NCBI GenBank assembly: GCA_963749915.1
Contig: CAVVOP010000011.1
Coordinates: forward strand, 23,360-87,359
Reading direction: 5' to 3'
Length of the DNA: 64,000 nt
Source of the DNA: an uncultured cyanobacterium
GTDB lineage: Bacteria; Cyanobacteriota; Cyanobacteriia; Cyanobacteriales; Cyanobacteriaceae
Numbering within the stretch: the stretch's first letter is position 1; the number at the start of each line of letters is the position of its first letter. This document shows positions 1 to 9,736 of the stretch, piece by piece. The position numbers and the translations under genes are program-made. The notes under the pieces were generated by a model. That model did no database searches, had not been told where the DNA came from, and saw nothing but the letters and a program-made list of their open reading frames with translations.

Positions 1-313
1 CTACAAATGCCACTGCGGTGGATATATTAAAGGTCGAAGATCCGTCCCCCCCGGTCCCACAGGTATCTATCACTGGAGAAGGGCGGCTGAGACTTTCCAG
101 GTTTCCAGATTGAGATTGTAGTAATACTTGAGCCATTCCTGCCAATTCCGTTGCGCAAACCCCTTTACCCTGAATAGCGGTAAGAATCGCTCCAGATAAC
201 ACCGGGGAAATTTCCTCTTTTAACCACCCTTCCATTAATTCTGCCGCTTGTGCCTGATTTAGGGATTGTTTCTCTAAAAGTTGTGTGAGTAAATTTGACC
301 AATCTGTACTCAT
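1..313 (-). CDS. trpD: anthranilate phosphoribosyltransferase, 5' part (runs off window)
   Basis: Manual translation from ATG at 313: [18 protein letters not shown]...[22 protein letters not shown], the TrpD glycine-rich PRPP motif. Confidence 0.95.
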   Translation of the reverse strand, partial: MSTDWSNLLTQLLEKQSLNQAQAAELMEGWLKEEISPVLSGAILTAIQGKGVCATELAGMAQVLLQSQSGNLESLSRPSPVIDTCGTGGDGSSTFNISTAVAFV

Positions 314-488
314 TAATATTTATTAAACTATAGTTATTCTGACTTATCCTATCATTGACAGTAACTCAAATCAACAACAGATAAGCCAAGACGCTTTTAA
401 ACTGGATGTTTTAAAAGTAGTCGAATAAAACTGAATTTCTCAACCATTTCCGCTTCTCCATCCTCCAAAAACACTTTTTCAGCAACTA

Positions 489-1664
489 CTAATTACTAAG
501 AGGTTTTTGTAATTGAGATTGCAACGGTACTTCCTCATTATAAAAAATTCCCCTTAAAAAATTATCCTTAGCATCACCTTGATTTTTTCCCGGAGAAGGA
601 AACATCATCCAACGACTACCATTAGACAATAATGACAGTGAATTAATGTCTTGAGATAACCAAATCACAGGAGAAGAAGGAATTTCCGCTGTCATGCTTA
701 CGCCGTAATCAACTCCTGCAAGGGTTTCTAACATTACTTGATTGCCATGAATCAACCCGATATCGGCAGTCCATAATTTTACCTCCAACTGTTGATGACT
801 GGCATAAAAATACATGGAAGCCGCCGTAATTACCGCTTGTTCAAAATATTTGCCTTCCCACTCACAAGAGTTATGCAAACAAATGATAATCTCTTCTCCT
901 CCCGTAATAGTTTCTAATTCTCTTACCTGCAAATCTCCAAAACGGGCACTACTTCGCCAATGTATCAAGCGAATGGCATCTCCGTAACGATATTGTCGTA
1001 ATGTCTTGGTTATTCCTTCTGTAGCATTTTGATAAAGTTTGTCACTTTGTCTTTGTTTGGCTTCTTGATTCCCTATATTATCAATTAATGGGCAGGTTTG
1101 TAACAGTAAAACTTGAGGATAAACAATGGCTTTAGCCTCCACTTGTCTCCGGCGACTACTATAAAATAATCCAAAAGGTGCGGCAGTTTTGAGGGTGACA
1201 TTATGCCAATGATAAATTCCTCTTTTTTCCGTATGACAATAGGATACTATTTTTAAGTTACTTTCGGCTGGTATTCCTTCAATAGTATTAATGATTTTTC
1301 CTGATAATTCTGGGGGAAGTTCGTCTATAATTTCTATCAAAGTTTTTGTTTTTTGGGTAGGATTTCTTATTATCAATGCAATGGTTAATTCATCCCCTGC
1401 ACCAATGGCTTCTATGGGCAATCTTTTTACTTGAAGTCTCTTTAAGGTGCGAACAGAAATAACAAAATTTATGCCTAATAAAGATAAAAGGATACCACTT
1501 AGGACATAAAGCCAACCAGCCATAGTATTGGTTGCGGCACCAAAAAAACTTAAAGCAATGCCAATTAACACCCAACCACTATAAGCTGGAATTGCCCAAC
1601 GATTTTCCAACCAATGGGCAAAGGACAGAATAAAATTATTGGGGGGAGAAATTTGGCGATTCAT
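489..1664 (-). CDS. DUF58 domain membrane-anchored protein
   Basis: N-terminal TM pair; LRQYRYGD..RLIHWRSSAR motif. Start moved to ATG 1664 because the longer ORF overlaps the DUF427 gene. Confidence 0.85.
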   Translation of the reverse strand: MNRQISPPNNFILSFAHWLENRWAIPAYSGWVLIGIALSFFGAATNTMAGWLYVLSGILLSLLGINFVISVRTLKRLQVKRLPIEAIGAGDELTIALIIRNPTQKTKTLIEIIDELPPELSGKIINTIEGIPAESNLKIVSYCHTEKRGIYHWHNVTLKTAAPFGLFYSSRRRQVEAKAIVYPQVLLLQTCPLIDNIGNQEAKQRQSDKLYQNATEGITKTLRQYRYGDAIRLIHWRSSARFGDLQVRELETITGGEEIIICLHNSCEWEGKYFEQAVITAASMYFYASHQQLEVKLWTADIGLIHGNQVMLETLAGVDYGVSMTAEIPSSPVIWLSQDINSLSLLSNGSRWMMFPSPGKNQGDAKDNFLRGIFYNEEVPLQSQLQKPLSN

Positions 1665-1704
1665 AAAACCTTCCGCAAAACTAGAATTACTCTTGATTAG
1701 GTGA

Positions 1705-1989
1705 TTAGGATTCGACTTGGACACCACGCCAAAAAGCAACATAGTTTTTAATATTGGCAGCTTTCTCTTTTGGATCGGGGTAATACCATGCGGCATCTTT
1801 ATTTTCTTTTCCGTTAACCACAATAGTATAATAGCTAGCAACCCCTTTCCATGAACAAGTTGTGTGGGTCTCACTGGGTTTAAAATATTCTTGATTAACG
1901 GCATTTTGGGGAAAATAATGATTTCCTTCTACCATTTCACAATTGTCACTTTCGGCGATGATGACACCATTCCAAATTGCTTTTGCCAT
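1705..1989 (-). CDS. DUF427 protein
   Basis: VEGNHYFP, TTCSWKGVASYY, AAWYYPDPK motifs. Confidence 0.9.
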   Translation of the reverse strand: MAKAIWNGVIIAESDNCEMVEGNHYFPQNAVNQEYFKPSETHTTCSWKGVASYYTIVVNGKENKDAAWYYPDPKEKAANIKNYVAFWRGVQVES

Positions 1990-2193
1990 TATTTTTAGAT
2001 GAATAAATAAATTACTGATTATAACTCATCGTTCGCCTATTTGAAAATGAGTTAGAAAAATTGTTGACGAAATATAAGGATCATAGCGTTTGTTAATTTA
2101 GCGATCGCAACAGAAAAAGAAATTGGTATGAGCATACTCTATCAGGCTATAATATTGGCATAGTCTTAGAGAAACAAATTTTAGGAGTTGCCC

Positions 2194-2514
2194 ATGTCAC
2201 CCTCATCCCTACCGATCAAACCGGCTGTGCTGGTTGTCATTATTGGTGAAACCGTCTTGCAAGACCGCATTATCAAACTGCTGCAAGACTTAGGCGTGAA
2301 TGGCTATACTCTCAACCAAGCCCAGGGTGCAGGTCGCCACGGAAGCCGCCGGGGAGATATGGTCGGCTACAACACTAATATTGAGATCAAAACCGTTGTG
2401 TCCCAGGCAGTCTCGGAGGCGATCTTCTCCGGTTTGGTCGAGTATCAATCTAATCATGCCTTAATTGCTTTCCGACAAAATGTAGAAGCGTTGACTGGAT
2501 TTGAGATAATTTGA
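2194..2514 (+). CDS. PII-like / SbtB-like small regulator
   Basis: VIIGE..L.DRIIKLL..LGVNGYT...A.G.G.HG.R and NIEIKTVV pattern; AGGAG at 2183-2187 precedes ATG 2194. Confidence 0.75.
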   Translation: MSPSSLPIKPAVLVVIIGETVLQDRIIKLLQDLGVNGYTLNQAQGAGRHGSRRGDMVGYNTNIEIKTVVSQAVSEAIFSGLVEYQSNHALIAFRQNVEALTGFEII

Positions 2515-2596
2515 TTCATGAGTTTTGAGCCAAATCCTGGTCTGGACAAGTAGGTGGATAATAAAGTGGATGTTCTAAACGGGAGGAAAGATTGAT

Positions 2597-3373
2597 TTGA
2601 CCAACCACTCATTTGGCTTCTATTGGTTCGTCTTCTTCGGGGTTATTCTGTCCCGCTATTTTTTGATTGCTGGCGGAGTGTACTGGCTATTCTATTCGGT
2701 TCTGGGAAAGTCCTTGGCTGCCCGAAGTTTACGGCAACAGCGAAATTCTGCTGTCTACAGAACGCCCCCACTGCGCCAGTCGATTGAGCGGGAGATCAAA
2801 ATGTCCACTCTCTCGGCGGTCGTTTTTGCCCTTGGTGCAGCTTTCGTCATGACAGAGTATGATTGGGGGATAACCCTTTTATACACTGACTTACACCAGT
2901 ATGGATTGTGGTATTTAGGAGTCAGCTTTGTGGCGGTACTCGTTCTTCAAGATGGGTATTTTTACTTTCTCCATCGGTTATTTCACCACCCTTTGCTTTT
3001 TAAATGGATACATGGTGGCCATCACCGTTCAGGAGTTCCCACCCCCTGGACATCCTTTGCCTTTGACTTACCAGAAGCGTTCATCCAGACGTTCTTCTTT
3101 GTTGGTGTCGTTTTAATTATCCCGCTCCATTTCTTCACTTTACTTGCTGTACTCCTGACGATGACATTATGGTCAGTGTGGAATCATCTCGGGTTTGAGA
3201 TATTTTCCTCCTCATTTCCCCAGCACTGGCTCGGAAAATGGCTCATTGGTTCGACCCATCACGCCATCCATCATCGTCAATATACAGTGCATTATGGGCT
3301 ATATTTCACGTTCTGGGATAAGTTGTGCGGCACCCAAGACCCTCATTATGAGAATGAGTTTGACTTTAATTAA
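2597..3373 (+). CDS. sterol desaturase / fatty acid hydroxylase family protein
   Basis: His boxes HRLFH, HGGHH, NHLGFE, HHAIHH; several TM segments. Confidence 0.9.
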   Translation: MTNHSFGFYWFVFFGVILSRYFLIAGGVYWLFYSVLGKSLAARSLRQQRNSAVYRTPPLRQSIEREIKMSTLSAVVFALGAAFVMTEYDWGITLLYTDLHQYGLWYLGVSFVAVLVLQDGYFYFLHRLFHHPLLFKWIHGGHHRSGVPTPWTSFAFDLPEAFIQTFFFVGVVLIIPLHFFTLLAVLLTMTLWSVWNHLGFEIFSSSFPQHWLGKWLIGSTHHAIHHRQYTVHYGLYFTFWDKLCGTQDPHYENEFDFN

Positions 3374-3480
3374 GTTGAAGATAGACTGAGAATATAGATA
3401 TACGAGAAGTTAATTAAAGGCTCTAAATTGTTTATTAGACTTCCGCAAGAAGTCTATAGTTTTTAACTTAACTTCTGACC

Positions 3481-3508
3481 AATTGCTAATTGTTAATTGC
3501 TAATTGTT
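3481..3508. repeat. heptamer short tandem repeat (AATTGYT)4
   Basis: aattgct aattgtt aattgct aattgtt; related arrays near 12507-12535, 14270-14295, 15345-15368 and 45489-45512. Confidence 0.8.
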
Positions 3509-3964
3509 TTAGTTTCTAGCTAACCATTTTTGGGCATTTAAACGCTTGAGAGTAAATAAAACCATTAAATCAAGAGTAGCTTTACGCTCATCAATCATAA
3601 AAGATTCGATGGTACTAGGTTTTTCTCCATTATTACTACAAGAAAAGGCTTTCTGACCATTAACATTTTCGTCCAAAAAGTAAAGAGAAAACTGGCGATT
3701 TCCGAGATTGCCGATCACTTGCCAACACTCAGGATTAGACTCAAAACCAATTACAGGAATTTTGTCCTTTTTAAAATCTAACTCAACATTTTTTAAACCC
3801 TTTTTATCTAAGGCAATTTTGAGACTAGGAGTGAAATCTTGTTCCATAAACTCAGTAAAAGGCTTATCTTCTAAGGCAGGGGGTTTAACTTTTTTCGGAG
3901 GTTTCGTTGCCGCAGCAGCTTCTGGTTTATTTCGGGTTTCCGTTGTCTTAGTTTCTTCAGTCAT
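3509..3964 (-). CDS. ndhV: DUF2996 protein (NDH-1 subunit NdhV)
   Basis: PALEDKPFTEFM, CWQVIG, STIESFMIDERK, RLNAQKWL. Confidence 0.8.
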   Translation of the reverse strand: MTEETKTTETRNKPEAAAATKPPKKVKPPALEDKPFTEFMEQDFTPSLKIALDKKGLKNVELDFKKDKIPVIGFESNPECWQVIGNLGNRQFSLYFLDENVNGQKAFSCSNNGEKPSTIESFMIDERKATLDLMVLFTLKRLNAQKWLARN

Positions 3965-4016
3965 AAATTTACCTATAAATAATTTTTGATAGTTGTTTTT
4001 AAATTAACACTGAATA

Positions 4017-4158
4017 GTAGGTTGGGTTGAACAAACTGAAATCAAAAACCCACAATCTCGATCTTTCGGTTACATTAACAGGACTTATAATGTTATGTGG
4101 TCAGGTTTAACACAAGAAATGTTGATTCTTGGGTTACTTTTTTGCTAGACCAACCTAC
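4017..4158. repeat. GTAG-type REP doublet (REPIN-like)
   Basis: GTAGGTTGG at 4017 and its inverted copy CCAACCTAC ending at 4158. Confidence 0.55.
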
Positions 4159-4218
4159 AAAAAACCACTTAGTATTTGATGCGGGTTGAGGAAATAATAA
4201 TTTGTTGATTGTTCATTA

Positions 4219-5808
4219 CTAAAGAGGGCGATAGACCCGATAATCAATTTCAGGGAAAATATTATCAATTTCTGCCACTTTAGTTAACCAACCAGAGTCA
4301 ACTTTTTCCGCTAAAATCTCGTCATAGAGTTTATTTAATCTTAACAAGTGACTCTTTGTTCGCCTTACCGCATAAGGCACCATTGTACCCGTACGCATGA
4401 TGAAAGCCCAATCGGAAGACTGTGCCAATAACAACTCTCGTGCCGCCTGATTTAACGCTCGTAATTGTAATTCGTCAGTTGGTTCAATTGTTCCTAAATG
4501 AATCATTTTTTCAGCGGCTTTATGTAGATGAGGATAAACCCAGGCATTAGTATGATTCAACCAATATTCATGGAAACCTTTATAACCCCAACTCGATTGA
4601 GAAGGTATCGCCACTTGTTGGGTCGGATGTCCTTTCAAATAGTCCGCTAAATGAATCATGTATAAAGGATCTTGATCAAACCACGCTTTACGGAACAGAA
4701 AATCAATGAATTGAGGTCCTTCATACCACCAATGTCCATATAATTCAGCATCATAGGGTGATACCACAAGGGGTTCTCGTTGCATCATTCCTGCCAAGTG
4801 CTGAACTTGTTGCACACGATTATACAAAAAGTTTCCTGCGTGTTCAGCAGCTTTTTCCCTTGCCCAATAAGGATCATAAAGGGCTTTGTCCGATAAACCC
4901 GCTTGACGGCTAGTAATTTTATGATATTTTATGCCCACATTTTTTCGCTGACCGTTGGGCATAATATAGGGTTTAATGTAATCGTAGTCAGCTTCCCAGC
5001 CTAAATCTTTGTAAAATTCTCGATAAACAGGATCTCCCGGATAGCCGACTTCCGATGACCAAACCTGTTGAGATGACTCATGATCACGACCAAATACTGC
5101 GACTCCTGTTTCGGTGAAAATTGGGGCATAAGTACCAAAACGAGGACGGGGACGGGCGTATAATATTCCATGACCATCGGTTAAGAAATACCGTAGCCCT
5201 GCATCGGCTAACATTCTTTCTAAACCTTCATAGTAGGCACATTCGGGCAACCAAATCCCCCGTGGACGGATACCGAAATTTTCCTCATAACTTTGACAGG
5301 CAACCTCGATTTGTGCCCATACCGCTTGAGGGTACATTTTCATCAAGGGTAAGTAACCATGAGTTGCACCACAGGTAATAATTTCAATGTTATTACTATC
5401 TTGAAAATTTTTAAAAGCAGTAACTAAATTACCCTTATATCTTTCCCATGTTTGGCGAATCCCTTTGAACTCCTCAGCATAATATTCAGCAAGATATTTT
5501 ATATGCCCATTATGTTCGTTATGTTCAATTTCTTTTTCGAGTAATTCTTGTAATTTTTCTAAATGTTCGCTATATCTTTCTTGTAATAATTTATCTCTGA
5601 GCATGGACACTAAAGGGGGTGTCATACTCATGGTTATTTTAAAATCGACCCCATCTCGTTTTAATCCCTCAAAAACGTGAATTAAAGGTATATAAGTTTC
5701 AGTGATTGCTTCATATAGCCACTCTTCTTCTAAGACATAATCACTTTCCGGATGGCGAACAAAAGGTAAATGTGCGTGTAGCACTAAGGCAAGGTAGCCA
5801 AGAGCCAT
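4219..5808 (-). CDS. GH57 / DUF1957 glycogen branching enzyme
   Basis: HAHLP, ETYIPL, WLPECAY, DAELYGHWWYEG, QSSDWAF. Confidence 0.92.
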   Translation of the reverse strand: MALGYLALVLHAHLPFVRHPESDYVLEEEWLYEAITETYIPLIHVFEGLKRDGVDFKITMSMTPPLVSMLRDKLLQERYSEHLEKLQELLEKEIEHNEHNGHIKYLAEYYAEEFKGIRQTWERYKGNLVTAFKNFQDSNNIEIITCGATHGYLPLMKMYPQAVWAQIEVACQSYEENFGIRPRGIWLPECAYYEGLERMLADAGLRYFLTDGHGILYARPRPRFGTYAPIFTETGVAVFGRDHESSQQVWSSEVGYPGDPVYREFYKDLGWEADYDYIKPYIMPNGQRKNVGIKYHKITSRQAGLSDKALYDPYWAREKAAEHAGNFLYNRVQQVQHLAGMMQREPLVVSPYDAELYGHWWYEGPQFIDFLFRKAWFDQDPLYMIHLADYLKGHPTQQVAIPSQSSWGYKGFHEYWLNHTNAWVYPHLHKAAEKMIHLGTIEPTDELQLRALNQAARELLLAQSSDWAFIMRTGTMVPYAVRRTKSHLLRLNKLYDEILAEKVDSGWLTKVAEIDNIFPEIDYRVYRPL

Positions 5809-6086
5809 AATATGTCGATAACTATTTGCTAGTTTTTACAGGTTGACAGTTCTAATAAAAATAATATTATTCTGTCATTAGAATTTTAGGATAAAACGAG
5901 CGTGACTCACATTAAAATAAAAACTTAATTGCTGATTAAATTTTAAAGTAACATTGTAAAATGCCATTAAAGTTGAAAACTCATCCCCTAAAATCGCCTA
6001 CGATAAATGATTAATGATTTATTAATCACTATTCACTAGAAAATAAATTATAATCACTATCTGAAAGTAATTTTTATATTATAGTA

Positions 6087-7551
6087 ATGTATTATCAAAA
6101 AAGTTTTTCTTTTCTCTTTACCTCTTTATATTTAGTCTTAAGTTATATTACTCCCGGTGTGGCTCAAGAAAGTAATAATAATCCGTCAACGGAACCAAAC
6201 ACGCCAGGATTCTTCTGCTAGGGAGGTCACTAAATTTAATTCTAGTGCCAATCCGTTGCTGTTTCCCACCAAACCCGAAGAAGTAAGCATCGAAAAACAA
6301 CAATCGGTGACCTTAGACGAGGCTATTGAAATCGCACTCAAAAATAATAAAGATTTACAAGCTGCTAGGCTTGAGTTACAGAGATCAGAAGACGGTTTAA
6401 GGGCTTCTCTAGGAGCTCAACTACCTACCATTGACACACAATTAGACTTTAATCAAAGGGGAGATGATGTCCCGGCAACGGAGGATACGTTCATTAGCCG
6501 GGACAGAACTCAATTATTGGGGCAAATAGAAGTGGGTTATGATCTTTACACTGGTGGTCGCAGGGGTGCAACTATTGAGCGTTCTCGTCGAGAAGTTTAT
6601 TCGAGTAAGTTAGAAGTAGAAAGGATCTCTGAGGAAACTCGTTTTAATACTGCCACTAGGTATTATGAGTTACAAAATAATGATGCACAGGTAGCCATCG
6701 CCCAAGCTGCCATTGAAGATTTTTCCCAAACCTTACGAGATGCCCAATTATTGGAACAAGCAGGATTAGGTACCAGATTTGATGTTTTACAGGCGGAAGT
6801 TGATTTGGCCAACGCCAATCAAGCCTTAACTAGAGCGATCGCAGATCAAAGAAATGCTAGAAGAACATTAGCCGAAGTTTTAAGCGTGGGGCAGAATGTA
6901 GAATTAACCGCCGCTGATGAAATTAGGGAAAATGGTGTTTGGCCATATTCCTTAGACGAAAGCATTGTTATGGCTTACAAAAATAGGGCTGAGTTAGAAC
7001 AATTATTAGTAAGCCGAGAAATTAACGAACAAGATAGGCAAATCGCTCTTTCCGAAACCCGTCCCCAAGTCGGTCTTTTTGCCAACTACAATTTTAATAA
7101 CAACATTGCTGATAATCTCGGTCCCACTGGTTATGCCGATGGTTATAATGTAGGCGCAAGAATAAGTTGGCGACTGTATGATGGTGGTATCACCAGCGCT
7201 AGAGCAGATCAAGAAACCCGTAATATAGAGATTGACGAGACAAATTTTGCCAATCAAAGAAATGCGATTCGCTTAGAGGTAGAAAATGCTTACAATACTT
7301 TAATTGCTAACCAAGAAAACATCAAAACTACCGAAACAGCCGTTGTCACCGCCACAGAAAGTCTCCGTTTAGCCCGATTAAGGTTTCAGGCAGGAGTTGG
7401 TACCCAAACTGATGTCATTAACGCCCAAAGAAGTTTAACAGACGCAAGGGGAAACTTTTTACAGGCCATCATTGGATATAATCAGTCCCTTAATGAGTTA
7501 CAACGTGCGGTCAGTAATTTGCCCGATAATCGACTCTTTGAATTCAGATAG
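6087..7551 (+). pseudogene. tolC: TolC family outer membrane efflux protein, frameshifted near 6200-6210 (real lesion or sequencing error)
   Basis: OEP repeats (GLGTRFDVLQAE, GVGTQTDVINAQ) in ORF 6157-7551; signal peptide MYYQKSFSFLFTSLYLVLSYITPGVA-QE from ATG 6087 lies in another frame and stops at 6221. Confidence 0.75.
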
Positions 7552-7666
7552 AAAAAACTTTGGTAGTATTCAGAAGCATGCCTGTAAAGTTTATCGGGCA
7601 CTTAACACTTTTGCTCAGAAGCAGATGTGGAAAGCGATCCCCAATCACAATAATATTTTTGGCAAT

Positions 7667-8554
7667 TTATACTAAAGTAACTAAATTTTCCTTCATCCAA
7701 TCAATGCCGATGGATAATTGTTGTTGCATTTGTGATTTTGACGCTTGATAACGTCGCCCATGACCAGGTAAAATCCATTCAAAGTTATATTGCGTAAGTT
7801 TTTTTGTGGATTCTATTACTTTTTCCCAAGAAAACCAACAATAGTCCCGAAAACCAACTAACTTCTGTAGATAATTTGACCATGCAAGATGATCACCCGT
7901 AAATAAAAACTTATTTTTGTACAATAAAACTGTATGACCCTTAGTGTGTCCGGGTACAGGTATAATTAACACATCTTCTGCTAATGGCCAAGGTTCGGTA
8001 ATGTCTAATTTAATCTCAACATTTTCTGTTTGCGGTTTAATATCCTCTCGGTGTAAAATGCGATCGCAATTGAAATGGTCATGAAAGAATTGATGATCGG
8101 CAACATCATCTTGATGAGTAAGATAAAGATACTTAACACCACCCATTTTTTCTAATTGTTTGACTAAAGAAAGATTAAAACGAGGAGAATCAATTAAAAT
8201 GTTACCCTTAGAGCGTTGAATAAAATAACTAGTCGCACCATAAGATTTTTGAGAATGATAACCACAATGATAAACATTATCAGCTATCCTTAAAGGAAAA
8301 CTTTCTTGAATTTGTCCAATATCTTGAGGTTTATTAATTGTGCCAATAGAAAAAGTCGGACAAGATAATAAAGCCTGTAAAGAATGTTGTCTTTCTTGTG
8401 GTGTAATAGGCTGATGATACACTGCAGATTTTTTTTCCTGACGAGTAAAAATTTCTGGTGCAATCCAACGACAAGTATCACAATCAATACAAGTATCATC
8501 AACAAAAAAATCCCCTTCAACATTTTCTTTTCGTCGCCGAGCGATTTTAGCCAT
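7667..8554 (-). CDS. MBL-fold metallohydrolase with N-terminal ferredoxin-like domain
   Basis: CIDCDTC...CP; THQDDVADH, PGHTKGH, FTGDH, PGHG. Confidence 0.88.
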   Translation of the reverse strand: MAKIARRRKENVEGDFFVDDTCIDCDTCRWIAPEIFTRQEKKSAVYHQPITPQERQHSLQALLSCPTFSIGTINKPQDIGQIQESFPLRIADNVYHCGYHSQKSYGATSYFIQRSKGNILIDSPRFNLSLVKQLEKMGGVKYLYLTHQDDVADHQFFHDHFNCDRILHREDIKPQTENVEIKLDITEPWPLAEDVLIIPVPGHTKGHTVLLYKNKFLFTGDHLAWSNYLQKLVGFRDYCWFSWEKVIESTKKLTQYNFEWILPGHGRRYQASKSQMQQQLSIGIDWMKENLVTLV

Positions 8555-8722
8555 AATAATTTTAGGAATCTATAGAAAACTTAAGATTACCTATCTATTT
8601 TATCTCTTTTATCTCTCTTTAAATTATTAAGTAAGTAAAAGAAAAAATGGTAAATTGGTAAAATAATCTTAAAGTAAAAATAACCGTCAACAGCCAAATA
8701 CCAACTATCAACTATTCACTAT

Positions 8723-9595
8723 ATGGAATGTATCGTCAATCGTCGGGGAAAATTTAGTGCCAGTCATCGTTATTGGTTGCCAGAGTTATCAGAGGCGGAA
8801 AATCAAGCCAAATTTGGAGCCAATAGTCGTTTTCCAGGGCATGGACATAATTACGTGTTATATGTATCCATTATCGGTGAACTAGATAAATATGGCATGG
8901 TGCAAAATCTTTCTGAAGTAAAAAAAGTCATCAAACAGGAAGTAACAAGCCAACTAGACTACAGTTATCTTAATGATACATGGATAGAGTTTCAACAAAC
9001 TTTACCCACTACTGAAAATATCGCAAAGGTAATATGGGAGCGTTTATCACCTCATTTACCATTGGCAGATATACAATTATACGAACATCCTCAACTTTGG
9101 GTTAATTATAAGGGAAATAATATGGAAGCTACTTTAACTGTTCAAACTCATTTTAGTGCGGCACATCGTCTTGCTTTACCTGACTTAAGTTTTGAAGAAA
9201 ATAGCGAAATTTATGGCAAATGTGCACGTCCCAATGGTCACGGTCACAATTATCATTTAGAAGTATCTGTAACCGGTGAAATGGATAATCGCACTGGTAT
9301 GATAGTTGATCTGGGTGCTTTACAAAGAGTGATCGATGATTATGTAGTAGAGCCCTTTGATCATACATTTCTTAACAAAGATATTCCTTATTTTGCACAA
9401 ATTGTGCCCACTGCAGAAAATATTGCCGTTTATATAGCTCAATTATTACAAGAGCCAATCAGTAGATTAGGTGCAGAACTGGATAAAGTAAAATTAATTG
9501 AAAGCCCGAATAATTCTTGCGAAATTTTCTGCCGTAAATCGAGCTTAAATAGCGAAAAGAAAAGCAAATCTACTTTTCAGCCCGTTTTAGCTTGA
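8723..9595 (+). CDS. tandem-domain 6-pyruvoyl-tetrahydropterin synthase (PTPS/QueD family)
   Basis: Two FSA.HR...HGHNY...T.EN.A domains. Confidence 0.88.
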   Translation: MECIVNRRGKFSASHRYWLPELSEAENQAKFGANSRFPGHGHNYVLYVSIIGELDKYGMVQNLSEVKKVIKQEVTSQLDYSYLNDTWIEFQQTLPTTENIAKVIWERLSPHLPLADIQLYEHPQLWVNYKGNNMEATLTVQTHFSAAHRLALPDLSFEENSEIYGKCARPNGHGHNYHLEVSVTGEMDNRTGMIVDLGALQRVIDDYVVEPFDHTFLNKDIPYFAQIVPTAENIAVYIAQLLQEPISRLGAELDKVKLIESPNNSCEIFCRKSSLNSEKKSKSTFQPVLA

Positions 9596-9617
9596 TTTTT
9601 AATATTTAGGTTCTTTA

Positions 9618-9633
9618 CCCCCCATTTTGGGGG
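9618..9633. terminator. GC hairpin between convergent genes, member of a dispersed CCCCCA-n-TGGGGG repeat family
   Basis: CCCCC-ATTTT-GGGGG; related copies at 19261-19290, 36121-36146 and 42403-42418. Confidence 0.5.
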
Positions 9634-9736
9634 ACGAAATTATTCTCTGTAATATCGAATTAACATTGAGATCACCAAGTGACACTTTGGGATCCCAAGG
9701 ATACTAAATGGTTTCTATAGGACACTTACTATAAAG

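Noticed and set aside
1665..1904. 80-aa N-terminal extension of the DUF58 ORF
   Set aside because: Overlaps DUF427 in another frame and looks non-conserved; ATG 1664 is more plausible
6157..6200. GTG start of TolC given by the ORF track
   Set aside because: Gives no signal peptide; the real leader is in another frame from 6087
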